Below, piece by piece: positions 37,466-46,826 of a stretch of 63,607 nucleotides of DNA. How positions within the stretch are numbered: the first letter of the stretch is position 1; every line of letters begins with the position of its first letter. The notes under the pieces are model-generated. The model had not been told where the DNA came from, made no database searches, and was given only the letters and a program-made list of their open reading frames with translations. The translations under genes were made by a program, and so were the position numbers. Location of the stretch: NCBI GenBank assembly GCA_964420015.1, contig CAYQPO010000003.1, positions 1 to 63,607 on the forward strand. The letters are read 5' to 3'. The stretch comes from an uncultured Candidatus Saccharibacteria bacterium. Its GTDB lineage: Bacteria > Patescibacteriota > Minisyncoccia > Phycocordibacterales > SBAW01.

Positions 37466-39949
37466 ATGGCTAAAGGAGACAAACATACTCCGGAAAATCC
37501 GGAAGTAGAGCGCGATGAGCATGGCGGGATAGTCTTGCGCAATATCTCCGAGGAGATGCGCGAGAGTTTTATCGACTATGCGATGTCGGTGATCACCGAC
37601 CGCGCGCTCCCCGACGTGCGCGACGGATTAAAGCCCGTGCATCGCCGCATCCTCTATGCGATGCACCGCATGGGGTTGACCTCCGGAGCGCGTTTTCGCA
37701 AGTCGGCTACCGTGGTGGGCGATGTGCTCGGCAAGTATCACCCGCATGGCGACTCTTCGGTCTACGATGCGATGGTTAAAATGGCGCAAGAGTTTAGCAT
37801 GCGCTATCCGTTGGTATTAGGGCAGGGCAACTTTGGTTCGATCGACGGCGACTCGGCCGCAGCAATGCGCTACACCGAGGCCAAGATGAGTCGCATCGCC
37901 GATGCCTTGCTGCAAGATTTGGAAAAAGAGACCATCGACTGGCGCCCCAACTACGACGGCACCCAAAAAGAGCCCTCGGTGCTCCCGGCCGCGGTGCCCA
38001 ACATTTTGCTCAATGGCACACTCGGCATCGCGGTAGGCATGGCCACCTCTATCCCGCCGCACAACTTAGGCGAGGTCTCAAGCGCACTCACGCATTTGAT
38101 AGAAAACCCCGACGCCACGGTCGAAGATTTGATGGGGTTTGTCCAAGGACCCGACTTCCCGACCGGGGCTGTTGCCTACAACAAGAAAGATATTTTGCAC
38201 GCCTACTCGACCGGCAAGGGTGGGGTAGTGGTGCGTGGCGTAAGCGACATAGTCGAAGGTAAAAAAGGCGACTATCAAATTGTGATTACCTCGATTCCCT
38301 ACAGAGTTAACAAAGCCGACCTCATTGTGCGCATTGCAGACCTTGTGCGCGAGAAAAAGCTCGAGGGTATTAGGGGCCTTCGTGACGAGTCGACCAAAGA
38401 CATTCGCATTGTAGTCGAGCTCAAACAAGGTGCGCACCCGCAAAAGGTGCTCAACTATCTCTACAAACACACCGCGCTTGAGGAGACCTTCCACTTCAAC
38501 ATGGTGGTACTGGTCGACGGCGTGCCGCAAACGCTCTCGCTCAAAGGGATTTTGCAAGAGTTTATCAAGCACCGCCGCGAGGTGGTCAAACGCCGCACGC
38601 AGTTTGACCTCACTAGAGCTCAGGAGCGCGAACACATTTTGCTGGGGCTCAAAAAAGCACTCGATCATATTGACGAGGTGATTAAGACCATCCGTGCTTC
38701 AAAGACGGTTGAGGATGCGCACCTCAATTTGGTTAAGAAATTTAAATTCTCCGACCTCCAGGCCAAGGCAATTTTGGAGATGCGCCTCTCGCGCTTGGCC
38801 AACCTCGAGCGTCAAAAAGTTGAGGACGAACTTGCTGAGATTCAAAAACTCATCCAAGAGCTCGAGAGCTTGCTTAAGAGCGACAAAAAAATGCTCGCGG
38901 TTATAAAAGAGGAGATCGATGGCTACTCAACCAAATACTCGGGCGAGCGCCAAACCAAGGTGATCAAAGGCGCCGCAGGCGTGATCTCTGAGGAGGACAT
39001 GGTCGCCGACACCGAGCAGGTGTTGGTGCTCACCCAAGGCGGCTATGTAAAACGCACCGATCCGGGCGAGTTTCGCAAACAAAAGCGCGGAGGCGTAGGT
39101 GTGATCGACCTCGACACCAAAGAAGAGGACTTTGTAACAACCTTCCTCACCACTTCGACGCACTCGGACCTCCTCTTCTTTACCAACCTGGGCAAGGCCT
39201 ATCAGCTGAAGATGTATGAGCTCCCCGAGGGCAAGCGCTCGACCAAGGGGCGACCGATCGTCAACTTTTTGCCACTTACGACCGAAGAGCAGGTAACCTC
39301 GGTGCTGCCGATGCGCAAAAATCAGAAGGAAGGGGAGAAGTTTCTCTATATGATCACCAAGCAAGGTACGGTCAAAAAGTGTGATGCAACCGCGTTCCAC
39401 GATGTGCGGCGTTCGGGGCTGATCGCACAAAAACTTCAGAAGGGAGACGAGCTCATTGCTGCGCTCTTGGTAGAGAAGGGCGATGAGATCTTTTTGTCGA
39501 CCGCTCGGGGGCAGTCAATCCGCTTTAAAGAGTCTGACGTGCGCCCGATGGGCCGCGCCGCCGGAGGCGTGCGCGGGATGAAGCTTAGCTCAGGCGATAC
39601 GATTGTCGGTGCTGATGTGGTTAAGAAGGGTGCCAAAAATCAAGAGGTGTTGGTGGTAAGCCGCAACGGCTACGGCAAGGCAACCTCAACCGATGAGTAC
39701 AAAACCCAAGGCCGCGGCGGCTCAGGCATCAAGACCATGCAGATGACCAGCAAGACCGGCCCGCTCATTACCTCGCGCATCATCACCAGGGGCGAGGGTG
39801 GGGAGGAGGAGATCGTGGTGATCTCTAAAAAAGGCCAGGTGATCCGCACCGATTTGAAAGAAATCAAGACCCAGTCGCGCTCAACCCAGGGCGTGCGCAT
39901 CATGAAGCTGCGCGACGGCGACGCCATCGCCTCCTTCGTTTGTTTGTAA
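37466..39949 (+). CDS. gyrA: DNA gyrase subunit A
   Basis: [30 protein letters not shown] catalytic Tyr, GyrA-box QKRGGVG, pinwheel repeats. Confidence 0.98.
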   Translation: MAKGDKHTPENPEVERDEHGGIVLRNISEEMRESFIDYAMSVITDRALPDVRDGLKPVHRRILYAMHRMGLTSGARFRKSATVVGDVLGKYHPHGDSSVYDAMVKMAQEFSMRYPLVLGQGNFGSIDGDSAAAMRYTEAKMSRIADALLQDLEKETIDWRPNYDGTQKEPSVLPAAVPNILLNGTLGIAVGMATSIPPHNLGEVSSALTHLIENPDATVEDLMGFVQGPDFPTGAVAYNKKDILHAYSTGKGGVVVRGVSDIVEGKKGDYQIVITSIPYRVNKADLIVRIADLVREKKLEGIRGLRDESTKDIRIVVELKQGAHPQKVLNYLYKHTALEETFHFNMVVLVDGVPQTLSLKGILQEFIKHRREVVKRRTQFDLTRAQEREHILLGLKKALDHIDEVIKTIRASKTVEDAHLNLVKKFKFSDLQAKAILEMRLSRLANLERQKVEDELAEIQKLIQELESLLKSDKKMLAVIKEEIDGYSTKYSGERQTKVIKGAAGVISEEDMVADTEQVLVLTQGGYVKRTDPGEFRKQKRGGVGVIDLDTKEEDFVTTFLTTSTHSDLLFFTNLGKAYQLKMYELPEGKRSTKGRPIVNFLPLTTEEQVTSVLPMRKNQKEGEKFLYMITKQGTVKKCDATAFHDVRRSGLIAQKLQKGDELIAALLVEKGDEIFLSTARGQSIRFKESDVRPMGRAAGGVRGMKLSSGDTIVGADVVKKGAKNQEVLVVSRNGYGKATSTDEYKTQGRGGSGIKTMQMTSKTGPLITSRIITRGEGGEEEIVVISKKGQVIRTDLKEIKTQSRSTQGVRIMKLRDGDAIASFVCL

Positions 39950-40491
39950 TGATAAAGTTTGGCAACTTAGAATTTAATGCTGCTACAAATCACCCCGAGC
40001 TTTTGGCTGCGCCGGTGGCGGAGGCCCTTCGACAAGCTCAGGGTCAACAAGTTGAGGTGGCGGAGATTGACCCTACGCTTTCTGACACGGCTGCGTTTTG
40101 TGCAAAGTATGCGGTTGGGCCCGAGGTTGCGGCCAATTGTGTGGTGCTCAAATATAAAAAAGGCGAAGAGTCGGGCTTTGCAGCCTGCGTGATCTTGGCC
40201 ACCACCAGGGCCGATGTAAACGGCCTTGTCCGCAAGGTGCTCGACGTAAAAAAGATCTCGTTTGCACCGATGGAAGAGGCCGTCGCCCAAACGGGCATGG
40301 AGTTCGGGGCTATTACCCCAGTCGGTTTGCCCGTAAGTTGGCCCATTTTGGTCGACAAAGCGGTGGCCGAGAGTGAACGCGTGATCATCGGCAGCGGCAT
40401 CCGCAAGTCCAAATTGCTGGTCCCTGGCCGCTTCTTCGCCGTACTTCCGAATGTGCAGATTTTAGAAGGATTGGCGCAAATAAAACAATAA
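39949..40491 (+). CDS. YbaK/EbsC aminoacyl-tRNA editing family protein
   Basis: ANCVV, KISFA...AV..TGMEFGAITPVGLP, GSGIRKSKL. Confidence 0.88.
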   Translation: MIKFGNLEFNAATNHPELLAAPVAEALRQAQGQQVEVAEIDPTLSDTAAFCAKYAVGPEVAANCVVLKYKKGEESGFAACVILATTRADVNGLVRKVLDVKKISFAPMEEAVAQTGMEFGAITPVGLPVSWPILVDKAVAESERVIIGSGIRKSKLLVPGRFFAVLPNVQILEGLAQIKQ

Positions 40492-40493
40492 AT

Positions 40494-40874
40494 ATGCTGC
40501 TCGTAAAAACTAAACTAGGACCGAGTGCGATAGCGGGGATAGGACTTTTTGCCGACGAGTTTATCCCTAAAGGCACCCAGGTGTGGAAGCTGCAGAAAGG
40601 TTTCGATGTAATTTTGAGTGAACAAGCGTTTAAAGAACTCTCGCTTCCAGCCCAGGCGCAGGTGCGCAATTACTGTTATTACAACGCGGAGACCAAAAGT
40701 TATGTTGTATGTGGCGACGATGCGCGCTTTTTTAATCATGCCGATGAGCCGAATGTCTCAAGCGGCAATTATGACGAACACATTGACTGCGCGCTGCGCG
40801 ACATCAATCCCGGCGAGGAGCTGACCCAAAACTATAAAGACTTCGACGGTATGATGGATGAAAAATTGCACTAA
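40494..40874 (+). CDS. SET-domain protein
   Basis: S.IAGIGLFA..FIPKGT, RFFNHADEPN, ALRDINPGEELT.NY. Confidence 0.92.
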   Translation: MLLVKTKLGPSAIAGIGLFADEFIPKGTQVWKLQKGFDVILSEQAFKELSLPAQAQVRNYCYYNAETKSYVVCGDDARFFNHADEPNVSSGNYDEHIDCALRDINPGEELTQNYKDFDGMMDEKLH

Positions 40875-40955
40875 AATACTACGATATATGGTGTTCATTT
40901 GCAGACAGGATCTGCTACACTAGCACTAGGATCAAACAGTACGGAGTGCAAGACA

Positions 40956-41309
40956 ATGGCTGGACACTATCGGCCCGGGCGCAGGTCCCAGGTCAATGAT
41001 CGCTACCATGTCCCGAACTACAGCCAGTTTAAGAGCGCAGCTCAAATCGAAGCCCACGGTGCTGAACTAAGCTCACACATGGCAGCGCTTGCGGCCAACA
41101 CCGAGCTCACTCGGGCTAAGGAGGCCACCCAAGACCATCACGCACGCAAGGCGGTGATTGAGGTGGTTGAGATTGAGCCGCAGATGCGTGCTCGCGCAGA
41201 CGCTCGCACGCGACCAAACCGGGTCGCCAAGGCGCCCTGGAAGCGCTCGCGCAAGCTGAAAGTCCGCTCCCACAACCGGCTCAAAAAGAGCAAGAAGAAA
41301 AAGAAGTAA
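40956..41309 (+). CDS. Basic orphan protein with Lys/Arg-rich tail
   Basis: 117 aa from MAGHYRPG with a GGAG SD; ends RLKKSKKKKK; followed by a terminator. Confidence 0.6.
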   Translation: MAGHYRPGRRSQVNDRYHVPNYSQFKSAAQIEAHGAELSSHMAALAANTELTRAKEATQDHHARKAVIEVVEIEPQMRARADARTRPNRVAKAPWKRSRKLKVRSHNRLKKSKKKKK

Positions 41310-41314
41310 TAACG

Positions 41315-41358
41315 CAATCTCGCCCGCGGACACTGAAGGTGCCGCGGGCGATTGTTTT
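41315..41358 (+). terminator. Intrinsic terminator
   Basis: CAATC-TCGCCCGCGG...CCGCGGGCGA-TTG-TTTT. Confidence 0.7.
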
Positions 41359-41446
41359 CTGTGGCAGTTGCAATTTCCCGCTCATCCATATAGGTTGTGG
41401 GTAGGCAACGCCAGCCTAAAGCTATGGCGTAGATGAGGAGCACTTC

Positions 41447-41866
41447 GTGCATACACCAGCCCCCAGTACTAACCGGGTCGGGCTGGCTGCGCTCGATTTG
41501 GTCAATGGCAGGGTCCTCGTGGTCCGCGAACAGGGTAGGGCGCTCTTTACCTTTCCAGGTGGAGTGCCCAACGCGGGGGAGAGCGACTTTCATGCGCTCC
41601 GTCGCGAGCTCAAGGAGGAGCTCGACGTCAATCTCCTGGAGCACACCATCAAGCGACTGCACACCTTCTCTGGCCAAAGCCACGGCAGGCCAGACGGTCA
41701 CCAAACGGTCATGACCATCTATTCGGCAAACTTCGAGGGCACTTTGGTGCCCTCGGGCGAGATAGCCGAGATGGCTTGGTTTGGGATGGGCGACCGCCAC
41801 CGCATGATGGGGCTCACCCGCGACGCCTGTGACTGGTTTTACAGCCATGGCGTCCTCAAACTCTAA
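41447..41866 (+). CDS. NUDIX hydrolase
   Basis: PGG....GESDFHALRRELKEEL Nudix box; GAGGAG SD. Confidence 0.9.
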   Translation: MHTPAPSTNRVGLAALDLVNGRVLVVREQGRALFTFPGGVPNAGESDFHALRRELKEELDVNLLEHTIKRLHTFSGQSHGRPDGHQTVMTIYSANFEGTLVPSGEIAEMAWFGMGDRHRMMGLTRDACDWFYSHGVLKL

Positions 41867-41898
41867 CCGCCTGCGGCATTCCCACGCTGCAGGCGGAC

Positions 41899-42384
41899 TT
41901 GTTTATACGCAGGAGCGATTTACAAAACTTTAACGGTTGGGTAAGCTGCTTTTCGGAAGAGGCCAAGTCTGGCCTCAAGGTTCAGCCAGGGGAGGAGCCG
42001 TTGAGAGCATTTTTCGCCTTGATTTTTGTGCTGCTTTCTTCGGCAGCCGCCGAAGCCCGATGGAAGCGCGAGTACGCCGAGCAACCCGTAGCAGTCCAAG
42101 ACTGGTACAGAAAAGCAAAGATCATGCCCGCGGCGAGACATCGTTTTTCGTTCACCGGTTGTTGCGAGCACGCCGATGTCGTCAAGACAAAATTCAATGT
42201 GGTTCTTGCCGACGGTGAGAAATATCCTCAAGACGCCTGGTTTTGGCTCGATGGAGACCGATGGCGTCGCGTGCCCGACGATGTGATCCACTGGGGTGAG
42301 CATGCCCCCGATGGACAGCCGACGCTCTTTGTCTACAGTGGTAGGGAAACTTGCTTCTACCCACCCGGTGAAGACGCTCAATAA
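41899..42384 (+). CDS. Secreted Cys-pair hypothetical protein (true start probably near 42001)
   Basis: Signal peptide FFALIFVLLSSAAAEA; DWY...GCCEHAD...CFYPPG. Confidence 0.65.
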   Translation: MFIRRSDLQNFNGWVSCFSEEAKSGLKVQPGEEPLRAFFALIFVLLSSAAAEARWKREYAEQPVAVQDWYRKAKIMPAARHRFSFTGCCEHADVVKTKFNVVLADGEKYPQDAWFWLDGDRWRRVPDDVIHWGEHAPDGQPTLFVYSGRETCFYPPGEDAQ

Positions 42385-42465
42385 TGTTCAGTGAGTGGAT
42401 AATCAACTTGCGCGTAGCTATGGCGGGCGTATAGTTGCGGCAGGATCTTGGGGCGGGGGACGATG

Positions 42466-42506
42466 CCCGCTCCGCGCGGCAATGCGCGGAGCGGGATTCT
42501 TTTTTG
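42466..42506 (+). terminator. Intrinsic terminator about 30 nt after a sigma70-like promoter
   Basis: CCCGCTCCGCGC-GGCAAT-GCGCGGAGCGGG-ATTCTTTTTT; TTGCGC-N16-TATAGT at 42408-42435. Confidence 0.7.
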
Positions 42507-42559
42507 GCACACGTAGCGGGTTCATGTAAGAATCACCCTGCTCGTGCGTAACTACTAGT

Positions 42560-42694
42560 ATGCGCACGATTTACAAATACTCGCGCTACTTTGGCCGCAA
42601 CTTGGGTCGCCAGCAAGAGACCTTGGTTGTCTTTTTGGTAGCCTTGATCACCGTGGTGCTCTACTGCCTGTGGGGTGCGACACTCCTGCACTAA
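42560..42694 (+). CDS. Small membrane protein (44 aa), absent from the ORF track
   Basis: MRTIYKYSRYFGRNLGRQQETLVVFLVALITVVLYCLWGATLLH, translated by hand. Confidence 0.55.
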   Translation: MRTIYKYSRYFGRNLGRQQETLVVFLVALITVVLYCLWGATLLH

Positions 42695-42716
42695 AACCCG
42701 TAGTACAATTTAGAGG

Positions 42717-43268
42717 ATGGTAGAGTCGTCCTTTTTAAACCCTACGGCCGCTTTGCGTGCGGCCAAGCTGCATGAGGGGATGCGTGTGGCCGACTTTGGC
42801 TCCGGCTCCGGATTTTTTACTCGAGCTGCAGCTCGCCTCGTGGGCGGGTCGGGTTTGGTATGGGCCGTTGATGCCCACCAAGAGATGTTGCCCAGGCTCA
42901 AGAATCTTGCGCTGCAAGAGGGGCTGCGCAATGTCGAGGTCGTGCATGGCAATGTCGAAGCCCAAGGGGGCAGCCATCTTCCGGCCGACAATTTTGACCT
43001 CGTCATAGCCGCCAATCTCTTGTTTGCGACTGAGCACAAAGATGCTGTGGTTAAAGAGGCAACGCGCGTCCTGCGCAAAGGCGGTAGACTGCTTTTGGTC
43101 GATTGGCAAGACTCTTTTGGGGGCATGGGGCCGCATCCTGATCATGTGGTTACCGAAGACCATGCGCGAACCTTAACCGAGCTCCACGGCTTTACCTACC
43201 TGCACACTGTGCCGGCAGGCTCATTTCATTGGGGTATGCTGTGTAAAAAGGGCGGAGCAAACTCATGA
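42717..43268 (+). CDS. Class I SAM-dependent methyltransferase
   Basis: VADFGSGSG, VWAVDA, FDLV, RVLRKGGRLLLVDW. Confidence 0.92.
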   Translation: MVESSFLNPTAALRAAKLHEGMRVADFGSGSGFFTRAAARLVGGSGLVWAVDAHQEMLPRLKNLALQEGLRNVEVVHGNVEAQGGSHLPADNFDLVIAANLLFATEHKDAVVKEATRVLRKGGRLLLVDWQDSFGGMGPHPDHVVTEDHARTLTELHGFTYLHTVPAGSFHWGMLCKKGGANS

Positions 43269-44563
43269 GCACCTTCCAGTTTATTGTTACAACGATCTTT
43301 GCCGCGTTTATCCTCATCGGTGTTGGGGTGTTTGCAATTTATGGCGGCGTGTTTGGCGGACAGGGCGTGGGCCAGGTCACCATTTGGGGTACGATGCCGC
43401 AGGCGCAGGTCGACTACCTGCTCGACGCGCTGCGCTCAACCGACAAATCGCTGCAAGATGTTAAATATGTTGAGCAGAGCGCCGATACCTACCAAGCAGT
43501 GCTACTCAACGCGATGGCTTCAGGCCAAGCACCCGACCTTTTTATGGTTACTCAAGAAGAGCTCGGTGCGTTTGAAAACAAGGTTAGGCCGATCCCCTAT
43601 GGTGCCGTCTCGCAGTCGACTTTCGTCTCTTCGTACATAGACGAGGGCAACCTCTTTTTGACCCCCTCCGGAGCGCTCGCGCTGCCGTTTAGCGTCGATC
43701 CGTTGGTGATGTACTATAATCGCGACCTGCTTGCGAGCGCGGGGGTCGCCAATGCGCCCCAGTTGTGGAACGATTTTCTAGGTCTCTCGCCTAAACTCAC
43801 CTCGCTCGACTCCTCGCAAAACGTTAAGCGTGCCGCAGTGGCGCTCGGCGCCTGGCAGAACGTTTCGCACGCCAAAGAAATCCTCTCGACGTTATTTATG
43901 CAGGCGGGTGAGCCCGTCACTTCGCGCAATAGCCAAGGCGCGCTTGTAGCAGTGTTTGGCCAAGGCGAACAGGGGAGTAGCGGGACCCCCGCCGAGTCGG
44001 CGCTGCGCTTCTATACCGAGTTTGGGAATCCTTCAAAAACCACCTACTCATGGAACCGCTCGCTACCGCATAGCGACAGTGCATTTAGCGCTGGGCAGCT
44101 TGCAGTCTACTTTGGGCCGATGAGCGAGTATCAACCACTCGTTGAGCGCAACCCCAACTTGCGCTTTGGGGTGACGCTCATGCCGCAGTTGCAAGGCTCT
44201 GCCGCAGTCACGTTTGGCACATTGACCGGCTTTGCGGTGCCGCTGGGCGCTCAAAATCCCTCGGGCGCGATGCTGGTTGCCCAAAAATTGACCTCAACTA
44301 CTGCTGCGGGTGTGCTCTACCAAAGCGCAGGGATTTTGAGCGCACGACGCGACACGGCACCTGCAACTGCAGGTAATGCGACGCTCGCGGTGTTTGTCCA
44401 GTCGGCACTGATTAGCCGCGGCTGGGTCGACCCAAGCCCCACTGAGACCGACCAGGTGTTTGCAGCCATGATAAACTCCACCGTAAGCGGCGCGCAGGAG
44501 CCAGCTGCGGCGGTCTCTGAAGCAGCGCAGGAGTTTACCCGACTGCTGCCCCCGCGCCACTAA
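43265..44563 (+). CDS. Extracellular solute-binding protein (carbohydrate ABC family), no permease adjacent
   Basis: N-terminal TM, TIWG, A.G.APDLF, ALP...D.LVMYYNRDL, AP..W, F..G..A.YFG. Confidence 0.85.
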   Translation: MSTFQFIVTTIFAAFILIGVGVFAIYGGVFGGQGVGQVTIWGTMPQAQVDYLLDALRSTDKSLQDVKYVEQSADTYQAVLLNAMASGQAPDLFMVTQEELGAFENKVRPIPYGAVSQSTFVSSYIDEGNLFLTPSGALALPFSVDPLVMYYNRDLLASAGVANAPQLWNDFLGLSPKLTSLDSSQNVKRAAVALGAWQNVSHAKEILSTLFMQAGEPVTSRNSQGALVAVFGQGEQGSSGTPAESALRFYTEFGNPSKTTYSWNRSLPHSDSAFSAGQLAVYFGPMSEYQPLVERNPNLRFGVTLMPQLQGSAAVTFGTLTGFAVPLGAQNPSGAMLVAQKLTSTTAAGVLYQSAGILSARRDTAPATAGNATLAVFVQSALISRGWVDPSPTETDQVFAAMINSTVSGAQEPAAAVSEAAQEFTRLLPPRH

Positions 44564-44568
44564 TTTAT

Positions 44569-45051
44569 ATGAAACGCATGTTGAAAGTTTTTGGGCCGAG
44601 TATGGTGACTTTTGCATTGGTACTCTTGCCGTTGGGCGTGTTTGCGGCAGGGGATACAGGCATACCTGTCGCTCCGGGTGGAGGATCAACCGGTATACCA
44701 ATTGCACCTGGTGGCGGTTCGACTGGCTATGTGCAGCCTCAATATTCCCAACCCAGCAGCAACAGCTTCTCAGTAGACAACCCGCTTGCGGTGAGCAACA
44801 TCTGTGATGTGCTGCGCTTGTTGCTCAATGCAGCGATCATAATCGGTCTGCCCATCTGCGTGGTCTTTCTAATCTTGGTGGGCTTTCAGTTTGTTATGGC
44901 ACGAGGTAGTGATACGGCACTCACCACCGCTAAAAAAAATCTCATGTACACCGTCATGGGCATAGCGATCTTCCTTGGCGCGTGGACTATTGCCCAGATC
45001 ATCAAAGCGACCCTTCAAGCGCTTGGGGTAACAGGCTTTGGCTCTTGCTAG
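44569..45051 (+). CDS. TrbC/VirB2-like pilin with Gly/Pro linker repeat
   Basis: Signal peptide; NPL...I...L..L; GFQFV.ARG....T.AKK.L.YTV.G.AI..GAW.I. Confidence 0.8.
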   Translation: MKRMLKVFGPSMVTFALVLLPLGVFAAGDTGIPVAPGGGSTGIPIAPGGGSTGYVQPQYSQPSSNSFSVDNPLAVSNICDVLRLLLNAAIIIGLPICVVFLILVGFQFVMARGSDTALTTAKKNLMYTVMGIAIFLGAWTIAQIIKATLQALGVTGFGSC

Positions 45052-45295
45052 TATGTTTAACACCACTGGCACTTTTGCAGACCTGGTCGACTCGATCCTC
45101 AACTTTTTTAACCTGCTCATCCCCGTGCTTGTTGCTTTTGGAGTGGTGTTTTTTATGTATGGCACCGTACAATATATTTATCACCGCAAGCCCAAAAACT
45201 ACCAGCAAATTGTATGGAGCTTGATTGCCATTTTTGTCATGCTCTCGGCTTGGGGGCTTTTGCGCCTTTTGATGAGCCTTTTTCTAATCGCTTAG
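45038..45295 (+). CDS. VirB2-like pilin/small membrane protein
   Basis: LIP.L....VV.F.YG.VQYI...I.W.LIA.FVM.S.WGL pattern. Confidence 0.75.
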   Translation: MALASMFNTTGTFADLVDSILNFFNLLIPVLVAFGVVFFMYGTVQYIYHRKPKNYQQIVWSLIAIFVMLSAWGLLRLLMSLFLIA

Positions 45296-45380
45296 GGCTC
45301 AAGTAGAGCTATCCACACAGATAGTCTGAGAGGGAAGAGGGCTTGCTACAATAGGGCCATAGCAGATCAATAACTTTAGT

Positions 45381-45713
45381 ATGAAGAAAGCAATCTTTTA
45401 TACGGCTCTGTATACCTTCCCTCTCGCGGCATTTGCGCAAACCCCGACCAATCTCATCGGGCTCATCTCCTTTGCCGGTGATGTAGCCAACCGGCTTATC
45501 CCGCTGTTTATCGCGATCGCTTTGGTGGTGTTCTTTTGGGGGCTTATCCAGTACATCGCCAAGAAAAAGGCCAACGACAAAAACGTGATGATCGCCGGGT
45601 TGCTCGGCCTCTTTGTGATGGTTTCGGTTTGGGGCATCATCCGCATTGCACAAAACACGTTTGGTGTCGGTAACGCCGCCCCGGTCGGTATCCCCCAGGT
45701 TCCGCAACGCTAA
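45381..45713 (+). CDS. VirB2-like pilin
   Basis: AFAQ signal; LIPLFIAIALVVFFWGLIQYI...MI.GL.GLFVMVSVWGII. Confidence 0.8.
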   Translation: MKKAIFYTALYTFPLAAFAQTPTNLIGLISFAGDVANRLIPLFIAIALVVFFWGLIQYIAKKKANDKNVMIAGLLGLFVMVSVWGIIRIAQNTFGVGNAAPVGIPQVPQR

Positions 45714-45985
45714 TGGGGCTCCAGCCGGTACAGAGTCTGGTCTACAAGATTTCGGCAGTGCTTATTAACCCATTTTTGGCGCTCGTGTTCGGTGTTGCGT
45801 TTGTGGTGTTTATATGGGGGATAGTCCAGTATCTCTACGAGATCAATACGGGCAAAGGTGATGGGAAGGATGGTAAGGCGCACATGCTCTGGGGCATCGT
45901 TGGGATGTTTATTATGGTCGCTGCATACACGATCATCCGGTTGGTAGCCAATACGATCAACGTGGGGCTCCCGTCGGGATACTAA
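45713..45985 (+). CDS. VirB2-like pilin/small membrane protein
   Basis: INP...L.FG.A..VF.WG.VQY...GK.HMLWGIVGMFIM. Confidence 0.78.
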   Translation: MGLQPVQSLVYKISAVLINPFLALVFGVAFVVFIWGIVQYLYEINTGKGDGKDGKAHMLWGIVGMFIMVAAYTIIRLVANTINVGLPSGY

Positions 45986-45998
45986 ATTTTACAAAGTT

Positions 45999-46035
45999 AA
46001 AGGGCGCGGAGTGCCTTGCGGCATCCGCGCCCTTT
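45999..46035. terminator. Bidirectional terminator
   Basis: AAAGGGCGCGGA...TCCGCGCCCTTT between convergent genes. Confidence 0.8.
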
Positions 46036-46052
46036 GTACTTCTGTTGTGACC

Positions 46053-46826
46053 TTATCGAGCAGCAACTTGCTGCACGAACACTGCAGCCACATTGCAGTT
46101 CGAGGCGCGCGTACATCTCCACGTGGTTGCTCGGAAGCTAAAGTCTCCCCCGGCGCCTGCGGGGAAGTTCTTTGACTCCCCAGCACCAGAAAGCGTAACC
46201 TCAGCATCGCGACCCCACGCCACCAGCTTGCAGTTGGCTCCTCCGTTGATCAGGGAGTCTCTGTCGCCGAGGGTGTACGTGTGCTGCTTGCCGTCGCAGT
46301 GGCTGAACGTTGGTTTCGTCACTGTTTGGACCGACGAGCCAAGACCAGGAAACTGGAGTCCGCCGGGGGTGGACAAGGCCAACCACACAGCGAACCCGAG
46401 CATCACTCCACCCTCGATCCGCACCGCAGAGATGAAGATGAAGATTGCTCCAACAACGGCCAACATGATCGCGATAGCACTTGGGTCGAACTTCTCGAGC
46501 AAGCCCGCCCTGTAGGCGACCCATGCCAGAAAGACCAGACCCGCAACCCGGATCACCTGATTGACCGAGATAGAGACCGTCGGCGTGGTGACCCCAATCT
46601 TGCTGAAAGCCCATTTTGCTCCAGCGAAGAGCAGCAGGGCCATCATCAGAAAGAGAATCACCAAGAAGGCGTTCCACAGCAGCGAGCTGCTGAGGAGGTC
46701 GAACCCACCCGGCACCGAAGCGCCAGGGGTAGCGGTCGTGAGAGATGAAGGAGCGTTTGGAGTCAGCAAACGAAGGCCGACTGCGAACAACACCAAACCT
46801 CCGAGAAAGGCTCCAAGGATGTGCAT
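46053..46826 (-). CDS. Multi-TM hypothetical protein with C-terminal Cys-containing soluble domain
   Basis: About five hydrophobic segments; coupled to the upstream SPFH gene. Confidence 0.7.
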   Translation of the reverse strand: MHILGAFLGGLVLFAVGLRLLTPNAPSSLTTATPGASVPGGFDLLSSSLLWNAFLVILFLMMALLLFAGAKWAFSKIGVTTPTVSISVNQVIRVAGLVFLAWVAYRAGLLEKFDPSAIAIMLAVVGAIFIFISAVRIEGGVMLGFAVWLALSTPGGLQFPGLGSSVQTVTKPTFSHCDGKQHTYTLGDRDSLINGGANCKLVAWGRDAEVTLSGAGESKNFPAGAGGDFSFRATTWRCTRASNCNVAAVFVQQVAAR

